Virus record (IMG/VR): IMGVR_UViG_3300032327_000953
Location: 32,001 to 96,000 of that record
Source: a virus
Lineage: Duplodnaviria > Caudoviricetes
Length of the DNA stretch: 64,000 bases
Direction: 5' to 3' (one strand)
Shown here: one piece after another, positions 40,856 through 49,996 of the stretch
Layout of the letters: every line of letters starts with the position of its first letter
Position numbering within the stretch: position 1 is the stretch's first letter
The notes under the pieces: model-generated
Databases searched by the model: none
The model's input: the letters and a program-made list of their open reading frames with translations, nothing else
Told to the model about the DNA's origin: nothing
Made by a program: the position numbers and the translations under genes

Positions 40856-41009
40856 TGCTAGAGTAAGCCGTGTCCTTTGATAGTTTCTTCTTTAAGTCCA
40901 ATATTTCCTGATCTTTTTCTTTTATCTTTTGCTGAAAAGACTCTAATATTTTTTGAGCCTGATTAACATCAGCATATAATTTTCCAATAATCATAAATAA
41001 GTCATCCAT
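40842..41009 (-). CDS. Small coiled-coil protein (55 aa) below the ORF-track cutoff
   Basis: AGGAG RBS then ATG at 41009: MDDLFMIIGKLYADVNQAQKILESFQQKIKEKDQEILDLKKKLSKDTAYSSNDTE, TGA at 40842-40844; overlaps the next start by 14 nt. Confidence 0.75.
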   Translation of the reverse strand: MDDLFMIIGKLYADVNQAQKILESFQQKIKEKDQEILDLKKKLSKDTAYSSNDTE

Positions 41010-41076
41010 TTTACAATCTCCTAAGTCTAACCGAAAGTTCCTATTTCAACCGAATGTTACAAACTGACACAACCTA

Positions 41077-42339
41077 TTAGGCTGTTGTGCCAGTATCATT
41101 ACCATCAGTGCCACCACCAGTTCCGAATGTTGCTCCTCCATTGGTAGCAACACCAGTAGCAGTTCTACCACAAGTATTAAAACCACGACCATTATATGGT
41201 GCCTCTGTTACGTTATACTTTGCGCCTTGATCAACATAGAATGAATTATAGCCAGTGTAACTGTATGTTACGGTTACGTTACCGCCACCAGTATCGCCAC
41301 CACTATAATTAACACTTGTTAATCTGCTATTCTTACCTAGATAGAAATTCATGCCCTTCGCATCATCATTTCCATTGTCATCAGCAGTTGGTCCGCAAAG
41401 TCTCAAGAAAATTTCTCTTGGCTGTAAGTTACGAGTATTAGCTGCACAAGCTCCGCTCTTTAGGAAGTCAGAGGCACTAACGTCAAACTCTGTACCAATA
41501 ACTTCGAATTCGCTAGTTACCTCAAGAGGAACATTAACGAAGCGAGTATATGGAGCACGACTACCTAGCTGATAGAGTGGCTCACGACCAAGATCGCAAC
41601 TAACTGTTAGATTAGTAATATGTGGAACAACGTACTTTTGTCCATCCCATGGCATAATGATACCACCATCCCATGAGGTTGTGCCAGTTGGAAGTACTGA
41701 ATTGCCTAGATCAATATTCCATCTTCTGGCAATACCAGTAGCTCTTAGATTATCAAAACCTGTTGTTGTTCCAGCAGTTGGGTGAACTTGATTGGCTCCA
41801 GCATTACTACCTAGAGCATCTTCATTATTGTACCATACTTTATTATTTCCAACGATAGTAGCTTCTTCTGTAAAGTTACCGTCAGTAGCAAAAGTATAGG
41901 TAATTGAAGATAAATACATGCCTGTCATCTTAACAACATAGCCTAGTGTGCCAGTAACATTCTGATTATCAATATCACTACCAACGAATAATCTTACATT
42001 GCATCTGCGAGGAGCAAGCTCAAGAACATTTTTACCAGTTGTAGAAGGAGTAGCTCCTGCGCCACCGAGTGCTAAAACATAAAGAGGATCAGTATAGTCA
42101 ATAACCTTATTTAAGGTAACTTCGATCTCGGGATTATCATCGAGAACGTCGTACTGATCGAATTCACCAAGTTGGAAAATATTCTCAAGGTTGAAATTAG
42201 TTGAAATACCAACGCTTTGTACGCCGAATACGCTTCTCCAAGCTCCCTCAGTTTCTGGAGTATCGTCAATACCAGGACCATTGACACCCTGCATTTGCAC
42301 TGCTTGTACGGCGTAATAAATTCTATTTGCACTTGCCAT
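41077..42339 (-). CDS. Major tail (tube) protein (420 aa)
   Basis: Canonical position after terminator/neck genes and before chaperones and TMP; strong GAGG RBS; beta-rich with tube-like motifs (VQSVGISTNFNLENIFQLG, LGREPLYQLGSRAPYTR). Confidence 0.75.
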   Translation of the reverse strand: MASANRIYYAVQAVQMQGVNGPGIDDTPETEGAWRSVFGVQSVGISTNFNLENIFQLGEFDQYDVLDDNPEIEVTLNKVIDYTDPLYVLALGGAGATPSTTGKNVLELAPRRCNVRLFVGSDIDNQNVTGTLGYVVKMTGMYLSSITYTFATDGNFTEEATIVGNNKVWYNNEDALGSNAGANQVHPTAGTTTGFDNLRATGIARRWNIDLGNSVLPTGTTSWDGGIIMPWDGQKYVVPHITNLTVSCDLGREPLYQLGSRAPYTRFVNVPLEVTSEFEVIGTEFDVSASDFLKSGACAANTRNLQPREIFLRLCGPTADDNGNDDAKGMNFYLGKNSRLTSVNYSGGDTGGGNVTVTYSYTGYNSFYVDQGAKYNVTEAPYNGRGFNTCGRTATGVATNGGATFGTGGGTDGNDTGTTA

Positions 42340-42401
42340 TTCACACCTCTTATGAGTATTTGTAAGATTATTTGAATGTAGGCTTCATTACCAACTAATA
42401 G

Positions 42402-42407
42402 TACACC
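42402..42407 (-). promoter_or_regulatory. GGTGTA motif, candidate phage late promoter upstream of the tail tube gene
   Basis: TTGGTGTACTATTAG in the intergenic gap; the same core recurs in other gaps. Confidence 0.5.
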
Positions 42408-42429
42408 AAGAATTTGTAAATTTTTACAA

Positions 42430-43380
42430 TTAGACTATGATCTCCAAGTCTAGTCTAATAGTTGAGTAATAAATACTTAAATTTAGCACATCCATATCCA
42501 TTACGGAAACATTGTTAATATAACCATTTCTCCATAAATATTCACTATCATCACTAACTAATTGATCATAATTTTGACCAGATAAATTTTTTGAACCATT
42601 AGGATTTAGCGAATATATTTTGTTTTTTACCACTTTACTCAAGTCATATAATCTAATATTTTTGTCTTTTTGCAGTCTAATAATATCCACTATATTGTTC
42701 TTCTCAACATAATTTTCAGCAAAAACATGTAATAAAACGCTCTGATTGGCCCAATACTTTGTGGACCCTAACTCATATCCTTTAAAATCAGATCTTGATA
42801 TTGGTTCTACAATAATTGTGGGTAATTGTATTCTGTGGTTTGCGGGGATATTCTTATCAACATCTCCGGTCTTAAATGTATATTCTTGTAGATATTTCCA
42901 GTCAGAAAAGCTATCGTTAGATTTGTATGTTTGTATGCTCTTGAATGAATAGTTCATTTGAACATCTGTTGTGGTGCTAATAGGATTATTAAATATGACC
43001 CTACCTAGCTCATAATTGAAAGAATATGGATAAGTTACATTTCCAGTAGGGCCAGGAATAAATGCATTATTAACATAAATTCCACTAATAGTTATTGGAG
43101 AGGATTCACTATACATAATTCCAGACTCATAAACCCATTGTTTTTTAAAAGTCTCCCAAACTTTACCATTGGCATAAGCAGGATCGGTAACAACTGATAG
43201 TTTGTGAAATCCCGCCGTATTATTGATATTATTTGTGGGCCTATTAATATTTACAAATCCACCAATATTTAAGAATCCCCAGTCTAGAAAGTGTTTGATA
43301 TTATGTTCTAGTTGAGTATATAGCAGATATTGACCAAGACTTTCTACATTTTGAAAGTGTGATTGATAATTGCAACTCAT
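42430..43380 (-). CDS. Putative tail terminator or tail completion protein (316 aa)
   Basis: Immediately precedes the tail tube; C-terminal QLPTIIVE...VLLHVFAE...IRLDLEIIV pattern resembles terminator folds. Confidence 0.55.
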   Translation of the reverse strand: MSCNYQSHFQNVESLGQYLLYTQLEHNIKHFLDWGFLNIGGFVNINRPTNNINNTAGFHKLSVVTDPAYANGKVWETFKKQWVYESGIMYSESSPITISGIYVNNAFIPGPTGNVTYPYSFNYELGRVIFNNPISTTTDVQMNYSFKSIQTYKSNDSFSDWKYLQEYTFKTGDVDKNIPANHRIQLPTIIVEPISRSDFKGYELGSTKYWANQSVLLHVFAENYVEKNNIVDIIRLQKDKNIRLYDLSKVVKNKIYSLNPNGSKNLSGQNYDQLVSDDSEYLWRNGYINNVSVMDMDVLNLSIYYSTIRLDLEIIV

Positions 43381-44027
43381 ATAATTGCTCTTTCTATTTC
43401 TTCTTGTATAATATTACTAATAGATTCATCTAGAGAGTCTATGGCTCTTGTTGCCCAATTATTAGATATTGTTCCGGCGAATTCTGGGGGAACTCTCCAA
43501 TTGCTAGACTTATCTTTTTTCATAATGGCAAATCCAGTTCTGGAAGCTCTATTTGGTCCAAATACCACAGAATAATCTTTTACTATAATTTTTCCACCAT
43601 CTAATAATAGCCATTTAAGCCAAGGTAAAGAATAACCATTGGATTCATCTGTTACGGTTGCGGCTGGCAGCATCAGCACATCTGCAAAATCTGAAGATAT
43701 CATTGATAGTGAGAATCCACCAGATAATCCCTGATTATTCATTTTTATTATGCTTTTTTCTAATGACATATTATTAATCCAGGTATCGATAATAGAATCT
43801 GCCCTATTCTGAGAATCTGGAACTCCAAGTTCATATCTTAGATTTCCTCTGGTTAAAGCCTCATATTCTGGTTGAGCTTGCAAGGCATTTTTTACAGCAG
43901 CTCTAATTTTTGTCTGTATCTTGGGGATTGAGGAATTGAATACGTCTTGCATTTGATCTTTCAAACTCTCTAAGATCATTTTGCGTATTTGACTATCAGA
44001 TTCAACAAGTTTGAGGTTATATCTCAC
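43377..44027 (-). CDS. Putative neck or tail completion protein (HK97 gp10-like position)
   Basis: Synteny closure-neck-terminator-tube; LPWLKWLLLDG and RVPPEFAGT motifs. Start probably GTG at 44027 behind GGAG; the ORF track extends it to 44051. Confidence 0.5.
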   Translation of the reverse strand: MRYNLKLVESDSQIRKMILESLKDQMQDVFNSSIPKIQTKIRAAVKNALQAQPEYEALTRGNLRYELGVPDSQNRADSIIDTWINNMSLEKSIIKMNNQGLSGGFSLSMISSDFADVLMLPAATVTDESNGYSLPWLKWLLLDGGKIIVKDYSVVFGPNRASRTGFAIMKKDKSSNWRVPPEFAGTISNNWATRAIDSLDESISNIIQEEIERAII

Positions 44028-44530
44028 TATGTTTGTCTCCAAATAGCCCACACATAATTGGTATCTCCAAAACCAACTACTTGTGGACCTCCACCTAAAG
44101 TGTATGTGGCGTTGTCTTCGGAGCCAAAAGTAATATAATCAGCACTAGTTAGTTTATTAACAAGTTCAGCTTTACAAAGAGTTTGAACAGTACCACCATC
44201 CGGAATTCTCATTGTTTTTGAACCCCAATCATACCAAGGACTAATATTAGCTAATACTGCTAGATATATAATTTCCACATTGCTACTAGACATATATCCT
44301 TTACCTAGACATACTGGACATATGGAATTATCTTCGAATGGATTAGAACCAGTACCATTGTATACGTTAGAAGATCTATTAGCAATTGGGTCAATCTCGC
44401 AATTATTGCAGTATACTGGCTTTGATGATCCATATTTAAGTTTGCATGGAATGGTCAGGGCAGTTTCTTCCAAAAGAGAATCTATGGCCTGATTAAATAG
44501 TTTTTTCATATCAGATGTGATAATGCTCAT
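44027..44530 (-). CDS. Putative head-closure or head-tail joining protein (167 aa) with two CxxC motifs
   Basis: Synteny; GGAGG RBS; CNNC and CPVC motifs. Confidence 0.5.
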   Translation of the reverse strand: MSIITSDMKKLFNQAIDSLLEETALTIPCKLKYGSSKPVYCNNCEIDPIANRSSNVYNGTGSNPFEDNSICPVCLGKGYMSSSNVEIIYLAVLANISPWYDWGSKTMRIPDGGTVQTLCKAELVNKLTSADYITFGSEDNATYTLGGGPQVVGFGDTNYVWAIWRQT

Positions 44531-44560
44531 GTAACCTCCAGAGTATGGGTCTATGTTCTA

Positions 44561-44566
44561 TACACC
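44561..44566 (-). promoter_or_regulatory. GGTGTA motif, candidate phage late promoter
   Basis: CCGGTGTATAGAACATAG about 30 nt upstream of ATG 44530. Confidence 0.5.
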
Positions 44567-44577
44567 GGGTAAACTAA

Positions 44578-45522
44578 TCAATTATAATATAGATCGTTCT
44601 TAATTTTAGTGTATTTTTTCCAAAAACCATTCTTGTTATTATGTTTCCAATTGATGAGCAAATGCTTTGGAGAAATCTGAAATTTAGTTCCAGAATATAA
44701 AATATTACTATCAATATAACATGTATTATCATAACAAGAAATTAAATCATACTTTGAAGAATTGTCTTTATGAACAAGTGTAATTTTACTATCAATATAA
44801 CCATTTGCAAATTGTAGATTTGATAAATTGATTATGTAACCAAAAATTCTCTCTAGTGAGTGTGGGATTTGTCCTTCTACAGAATCTGATATTGCTCCTT
44901 CTGGAAGCATCTTATAAACACTATCAATAATATCGTTTGTAAAATACCTTTTAAAAATTTTGGTACGTGACATAAAAATAGATCCGGCAAGAAATGACAA
45001 ATCATGCCTAGCTATCTGCTCTACTGGAATATGTAGATAATTATGTAAAATCTGGTATATTAACTCTGTGTTAAATCCTTCTCTTTCTCTATCAAGTAGT
45101 AGTCCCGTATTTCCTATTGCTCCTATGGAACTATTGAAATTCATAAGATCAATATTATTATGAAAAATATCTTCGTTACCTATTAGAGAATTAACAAGAA
45201 GACTTCTCCAAGAAATATTTTTATGAATACCCCACAAAGATTTTTTAGAGTGTAGTTTAATAAAATATGGATATTCATCTTCATCTAGTTCTTTAAGCTG
45301 TAATAAGAATGGCCCTATATCAACTCCCTTATTTGGAAAAACTAGTGTTTTGCAAGAGAATGATTCTTGGGCATCTTCTGATATTAAGGAGTTGTTCTTA
45401 CATAAATCATCTGAGGAAAGAGCTAAGAACAAATCTATTTCAGATTTAATTGGTTCTAGTAGCTGTTTGTATTCTTTCCAGAGTGCCGTATCATATAAGT
45501 ACAATAATACTGCTGTTTTCAT
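44578..45522 (-). CDS. Rhamnan synthesis F (RgpF)-like glycosyltransferase (314 aa)
   Basis: FPNKGVDIGPFL, FIKLHSKKS, WRSLL, FLAGSIF and HSLERIFG are characteristic of the RgpF family. Confidence 0.8.
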   Translation of the reverse strand: MKTAVLLYLYDTALWKEYKQLLEPIKSEIDLFLALSSDDLCKNNSLISEDAQESFSCKTLVFPNKGVDIGPFLLQLKELDEDEYPYFIKLHSKKSLWGIHKNISWRSLLVNSLIGNEDIFHNNIDLMNFNSSIGAIGNTGLLLDREREGFNTELIYQILHNYLHIPVEQIARHDLSFLAGSIFMSRTKIFKRYFTNDIIDSVYKMLPEGAISDSVEGQIPHSLERIFGYIINLSNLQFANGYIDSKITLVHKDNSSKYDLISCYDNTCYIDSNILYSGTKFQISPKHLLINWKHNNKNGFWKKYTKIKNDLYYN

Positions 45523-46061
45523 ACTTTATTGATAAACAGGGTTCCTGTCCATATTATATTTTTGCTATTAAGTCCATTAACAATAAAATTAAAAGATCCA
45601 GTAGTATTATCTATAGATAGAGATATAACAACGCTTTCCATACCAGAATCAACAAATGATGTTGTGGATGGTGATCCTACTATCGAAAGAGTACCGCTGC
45701 TATTTCTTTTTATTGCTCCTTGCATATTAAATGATGAACTAGTATCATCAGTAATATTATATGCTGAAATCATTGCTAAAAAGTTTTGAGTTGTGGATAG
45801 TGGTAGATATGTGCTGGAATCCACTAGGGAAAGAGTATATGAGGAATTATTTGTTGTTGTTCCTGATAGTTTGATTATTTCTTTTGGGGTATTGACTGGA
45901 CCAGTTTTTCCTCTTGGGCCTCTTGGGCCGGGTGGTCCTGGAATACCTTGCTTACCAGCTTGTCCTGGAGTACCAGAATTAAACTCAATAATAGTTGATT
46001 GTATAAAATTATCTATTATAGATAGCTTATCTGTTCCATTAATAAGAATTGCTTCTGCCAT
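45519..46061 (-). CDS. Small virion protein (180 aa) with a short Gly-Pro-rich collagen segment
   Basis: GTPGQAGKQGIPGPPGPRGPRGKTGP followed by a beta-rich domain ending IIWTGTLFINKV. Confidence 0.65.
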   Translation of the reverse strand: MAEAILINGTDKLSIIDNFIQSTIIEFNSGTPGQAGKQGIPGPPGPRGPRGKTGPVNTPKEIIKLSGTTTNNSSYTLSLVDSSTYLPLSTTQNFLAMISAYNITDDTSSSFNMQGAIKRNSSGTLSIVGSPSTTSFVDSGMESVVISLSIDNTTGSFNFIVNGLNSKNIIWTGTLFINKV

Positions 46062-46063
46062 AA

Positions 46064-47488
46064 TTATTCTTCTGCTATATTATATTTTAATAGTTTAGGA
46101 TCATTAACTGTTCCAGTAATAGCACTATCTATTGTGAATGTGGTCTTGGCTGTTCCAGTAGAATATGATGGAGTTGAGTTGATCTTTCTGGTTGTGGCAA
46201 CAATGCCCGAACCATTATTATATTCAATAATAACAATATCTCCAGATGCTAATGCATATGTTATATCTCCATCAATAGAAACTGAAGTTCCTAATAGTGT
46301 TATATCTCTATGAAGATTACCACAAGCATTAAAGTTTAGTGAACTATTTGATGATTCATTTTGATAATACACAATAAGTTTTACAGCACCAACGAGACCT
46401 GAATCTTTTTCGTTATAGTCCACAGCATATAGTTTCCAGTCTCCAAATACATTCATTCCTTCGAATGTTTTTAATCCACTGCTGTATACAGTTATATTTT
46501 TATTACTGTCTGATGTATCAAATGCGCCAGAAGGTAATGGATATCTTAAAGATGCTGGATTAGAGCATCCTGGTAAAGTTACAGATAAGTTCTTATTATC
46601 TATTAATGTATTTTTATAGTCTGTTATATTCGATGTTGACGGAGAGGATCCATCTGGTCGAGCTACTGCATAATCTGATATTATAAAAGATACATTTTTT
46701 GGTTGGTTATTATAACTAAATTTGTTTTGATCTAATAGAATAACACCACTACCATTATGCACTAAAAGAACTCTTAAGTCTGTTGGATTAGAATGAGAAA
46801 AACCATCGAATAAAACGTCAATTCTCTCTATGGTTCTAGATTCTGTAACGCTTAAAGATGCTGGAAAAGGACTGCTTTTGCCATATGGATTTTCATTACC
46901 AGCAAGAATTCTATCTTTAAAATAAATGACAGATTCTGATGTGGACGTATTGTATACTGGGAAAATATTAGCATTTCCGCCAATAAATTCACAAGGAGAT
47001 CCAACACAACTATCCAATATGCTGTAACTTGATAGATCCTGTTCTGCTCCAAAAATAGTTTGAGCATCTTCTGTAAGAGAGCATGAAGGTAAAGATGCTG
47101 CTGGAATAAGACGTTTTTTAATAGTGATAGTTCCTTGAACAAGTCTTTTAACAATTCTGGATCCGCCATTATAGAACAAATCAGGATAAGTAATTTCTAG
47201 TTCGTAGTTAGCAGTAGGCCAGGTATAACTATTGGTCGTTTCTGCTGGTAGTCTTAGAGAGATGAGTCCTTTCTCTGGAAACATTCTTAATGAATATGCT
47301 GTGGTTGTGGTATTTCCTGTTGTGGTCAATGTGATAAGATCAGTATTTGGTCCACTTAAAGGCTTAATACGTAATACAACACAACAGTTAGAAATATCCA
47401 TAGCGATATTAGAAGTATTTAGATAACTAAAATCTATGGCAAAAATTGTGCCTTGTTCTATAATAAAATTATATTCTGTTGCTGCCAT
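46064..47488 (-). CDS. Virion protein (474 aa): BppU/LtfC-like N-terminal domain plus proprotein-convertase P-domain
   Basis: N-terminus YNFIIEQGTIFAIDFSY is paralogous to 63381..63785. IERIDVLFDGFSHSNPTDLRVLLVH...FEGMNVFGDWKLYAVDYNEKDSGLVGAVKLIV matches the P-domain pattern (about 46370-46860). Confidence 0.65.
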   Translation of the reverse strand: MAATEYNFIIEQGTIFAIDFSYLNTSNIAMDISNCCVVLRIKPLSGPNTDLITLTTTGNTTTTAYSLRMFPEKGLISLRLPAETTNSYTWPTANYELEITYPDLFYNGGSRIVKRLVQGTITIKKRLIPAASLPSCSLTEDAQTIFGAEQDLSSYSILDSCVGSPCEFIGGNANIFPVYNTSTSESVIYFKDRILAGNENPYGKSSPFPASLSVTESRTIERIDVLFDGFSHSNPTDLRVLLVHNGSGVILLDQNKFSYNNQPKNVSFIISDYAVARPDGSSPSTSNITDYKNTLIDNKNLSVTLPGCSNPASLRYPLPSGAFDTSDSNKNITVYSSGLKTFEGMNVFGDWKLYAVDYNEKDSGLVGAVKLIVYYQNESSNSSLNFNACGNLHRDITLLGTSVSIDGDITYALASGDIVIIEYNNGSGIVATTRKINSTPSYSTGTAKTTFTIDSAITGTVNDPKLLKYNIAEE

Positions 47489-48003
47489 TATGAGTACATG
47501 TCTCTACTTCTATAAGGATTAACGTGTAATGTTCTTGGATCAAATTTATTACCAACGAATGGACTAAGAACAGCTCTGATAGCACTAGCCTCTTTAACAT
47601 CCCAATGTGAAACTAATTCATCATACGCGGCACATGGTCCCTCTTCTATAATCATTTTAATTCCAGCAAGACTCCCAGCAACACTTAATTGTGCTGGTCC
47701 CAAAGCTGCGCGAATACCCTCAAGTGCAGCTTTTGTTCTCAAAACACTTTGATCTATTATACAGGCTGTTTTTAAAGATACTAAGCTTATGAAAATACTA
47801 TCATCATATGATGTTGGATCTGGGATGATGGCTGGTTTGACCACATTAACAGTATATTTATTATCCAATGAAACATCAAATTGTACATATTTTGCCGCAA
47901 CAGCAATAACTTGAAGTATTCTTTCATCAGAATATGTTGGAGTTTCTGATAAGTCGTTAATAAGAGTTCTTACAATAATTGGAATTTCAGCTTTCCAAGA
48001 CAT
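47488..48003 (-). CDS. Putative head-tail adaptor (SPP1 gp15-like position, 171 aa)
   Basis: Helical protein starting IVRTLINDLSETPTYSDERI; first conserved neck gene downstream of the capsid region. Confidence 0.6.
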   Translation of the reverse strand: MSWKAEIPIIVRTLINDLSETPTYSDERILQVIAVAAKYVQFDVSLDNKYTVNVVKPAIIPDPTSYDDSIFISLVSLKTACIIDQSVLRTKAALEGIRAALGPAQLSVAGSLAGIKMIIEEGPCAAYDELVSHWDVKEASAIRAVLSPFVGNKFDPRTLHVNPYRSRDMYS

Positions 48004-48041
48004 ATTTAAACCCTATGGGGGAAAATGGTAATAACTATAAA

Positions 48042-48047
48042 TACACC
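48042..48047 (-). promoter_or_regulatory. GGTGTA motif, candidate phage late promoter
   Basis: AAGGTGTATTTATAG about 40 nt upstream of ATG 48003. Confidence 0.5.
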
Positions 48048-48118
48048 TTATATTTGCTCTTATTTATGAATGTGTTGCTTATTTGAATATTTTAAGATAA
48101 TTGGCTAATATGTATATT

Positions 48119-48147
48119 TTGACCAACGGTATGTTTCTTGCTATAAT
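48119..48147 (+). promoter_or_regulatory. Sigma70-type promoter with extended -10
   Basis: TTGACC (48119-48124), 17-nt spacer ending TGc, TATAAT (48142-48147); lies 35 nt upstream of GGAGG-ATG 48183. Confidence 0.8.
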
Positions 48148-48182
48148 GAGTGATAGTCATAAAAAAGCAACTGGAGGAATCA

Positions 48183-48722
48183 ATGTCGTCATCTTTAACT
48201 TTAAAGCAAATTTGTTCAATATATGCTACAGATAAGAATTGTCTGCATTGTTATGTGGACGAAGCTTATGAGGAATTACTTAAAGAAGTAAGATACTCTG
48301 CCAATAAAGTTTTAGAAATTGGAGCATATAACGGGGCTAGTATAATGATGTGGAAGGACTATTTTACTAAAGCCGAAATTTTTACAATAGATAATGTACC
48401 ATGTCCCCAGATATCCGGGAGAGAAAGAATTCATGCTTTACTCGGAGATGCCTATAGCTATGAGACTCTAAAAGAGCTACCCAATGATTTTGATGTCATA
48501 ATAGAAGATGGATCTCATAAGATTGAGGATATGAGTTTTGTGGTTGTTGAATATGTTAAAAAACTCAAGCCAAATGGAGTATTGGTCGTAGAAGATATTC
48601 CAGATTTTAATTGGACTAATATATTAAAAAATCTGATACCGGACAACTATAAAGTTGAGGTAAGAGATCTTAGAAGAGTTCGTGGTCGTTATGACGATAT
48701 ATTAATGATTATTAGGGCTTAG
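48183..48722 (+). CDS. Class I SAM-dependent methyltransferase (about 179 aa)
   Basis: VLEIGAYNGAS (motif I), IFTIDN, FDVIIEDGSH, LKPNGVLVVED. GGAGG RBS supports ATG 48183; the ORF track starts at 48150. It is the only credible plus-strand gene. Confidence 0.85.
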   Translation: MSSSLTLKQICSIYATDKNCLHCYVDEAYEELLKEVRYSANKVLEIGAYNGASIMMWKDYFTKAEIFTIDNVPCPQISGRERIHALLGDAYSYETLKELPNDFDVIIEDGSHKIEDMSFVVVEYVKKLKPNGVLVVEDIPDFNWTNILKNLIPDNYKVEVRDLRRVRGRYDDILMIIRA

Positions 48723-49155
48723 GATACTTAGCTTTAACCGAAGCTATCTTAGCTTGCATATCTAAAAAGGCTTGTGAAGTCATACCCTTCCACATAGCAT
48801 CTAGTTGATCTCCTAATGATGGATATTCATTCCTTCGTAAAGCATAATAGTCGGGAATAGATGGTTTGACTATTTCTTCTTTACTGATAGGAACTTCCGT
48901 TGATTGTCCTGTCATAGGGTCATCAATAGTTTTTGTTTTGGGTTCTAGTTCTGTCCAAGCTAGTTCTTTCTGGTCTATATCGTTAAGGATAGACTGTTGA
49001 GCAGATTCTAGGAATTGGTCGATATTTTCTATATTAGGTGGAATAAAAATTTGCCAATTATAAGTATTATCATTATGTTGAACTTCAATATAGGCAAGAG
49101 CCCTATTTTCATCTGGTAAGTTGGATGCTAATCCTACTAAATTAATATTAGACAT
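48712..49155 (-). CDS. Phage fibre-associated or assembly protein (about 147 aa)
   Basis: C-terminal YYALRRNEYPSLGDQLDAMW...IASVKAKYPKP motif is common next to phage fibre genes; GGAGG RBS before ATG 49155. Confidence 0.65.
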   Translation of the reverse strand: MSNINLVGLASNLPDENRALAYIEVQHNDNTYNWQIFIPPNIENIDQFLESAQQSILNDIDQKELAWTELEPKTKTIDDPMTGQSTEVPISKEEIVKPSIPDYYALRRNEYPSLGDQLDAMWKGMTSQAFLDMQAKIASVKAKYPKP

Positions 49156-49981
49156 TTTCTTCCTCCTTATGGTTGGAACCCTTGGGTAGTCTTTCGTGCC
49201 ATCTCTTGTCAAGATATGATCTATCTACTTCTGTTAATACTCCATTCACTGGAATATTAGTGTGGTAGTTGGTAAGATCAACATCTGGGTGGGCGGTATA
49301 TTTTCCACTAGCCAAGTCAATATGTAAACATTGAACATTAGTATCCACTAGTATTTGAGTACCCCTCTTATGAATTCGATGCATAAAGAAGTTATCTTCT
49401 CCAATAAAAGGAATATCTTCGGCAACCCCGTTAGCAATACAACAGAATGGTAGTTCTGGTTCTTCTTCTTTCATCTGCTTCAAAATCTCTACAGGAATAA
49501 GCATAGCATCCATTCCACACATATGAGCTTTTAGTAATTGTCCCGGATCAACATTTGGTACAATAATCCAATTTTTTTCTTTGGTCATAATCATAGCATC
49601 ACCAAGTTTGATATAATAAACTCCAACAATTATACTGCCAGGATTTTCTTCAGCAGTTTTATGCAGTGTCTTGAAGGCGTGGTAAGGAACGACAGTGTCT
49701 TCGCCAATAAAAAACATATATTTAGCATTACTCTCTAATACCTGTTCAATCAAATAATTTCGTGCAACATCTACCTTCTCTCCATAGATATCACAAAATC
49801 CATGAGAAAATCCGTGAAGATCAACATGCTCTTCTCCTAGTCCTTGGCGACCATTAAACTTTTGTGCGGGTTCTTCGTTCTCGCACCTTCTTGGTTGGGC
49901 AATAACTACGTAAGGAGCTATATCTTTAGAGGTTTCAACAATATCTCTAAGAGTTTCCATTATTTTATCTTTACTATACAT
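49148..49981 (-). CDS. GT-A fold (family 2-like) glycosyltransferase (277 aa)
   Basis: VDVARNYLIEQVL, YMFFIGEDTVVP, CGMDAMLIPVEIL, GEDNFF and LVDTNVQCLHID. Confidence 0.75.
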   Translation of the reverse strand: MYSKDKIMETLRDIVETSKDIAPYVVIAQPRRCENEEPAQKFNGRQGLGEEHVDLHGFSHGFCDIYGEKVDVARNYLIEQVLESNAKYMFFIGEDTVVPYHAFKTLHKTAEENPGSIIVGVYYIKLGDAMIMTKEKNWIIVPNVDPGQLLKAHMCGMDAMLIPVEILKQMKEEEPELPFCCIANGVAEDIPFIGEDNFFMHRIHKRGTQILVDTNVQCLHIDLASGKYTAHPDVDLTNYHTNIPVNGVLTEVDRSYLDKRWHERLPKGSNHKEEENV

Positions 49982-49996
49982 AATCTTATTTCCTTA

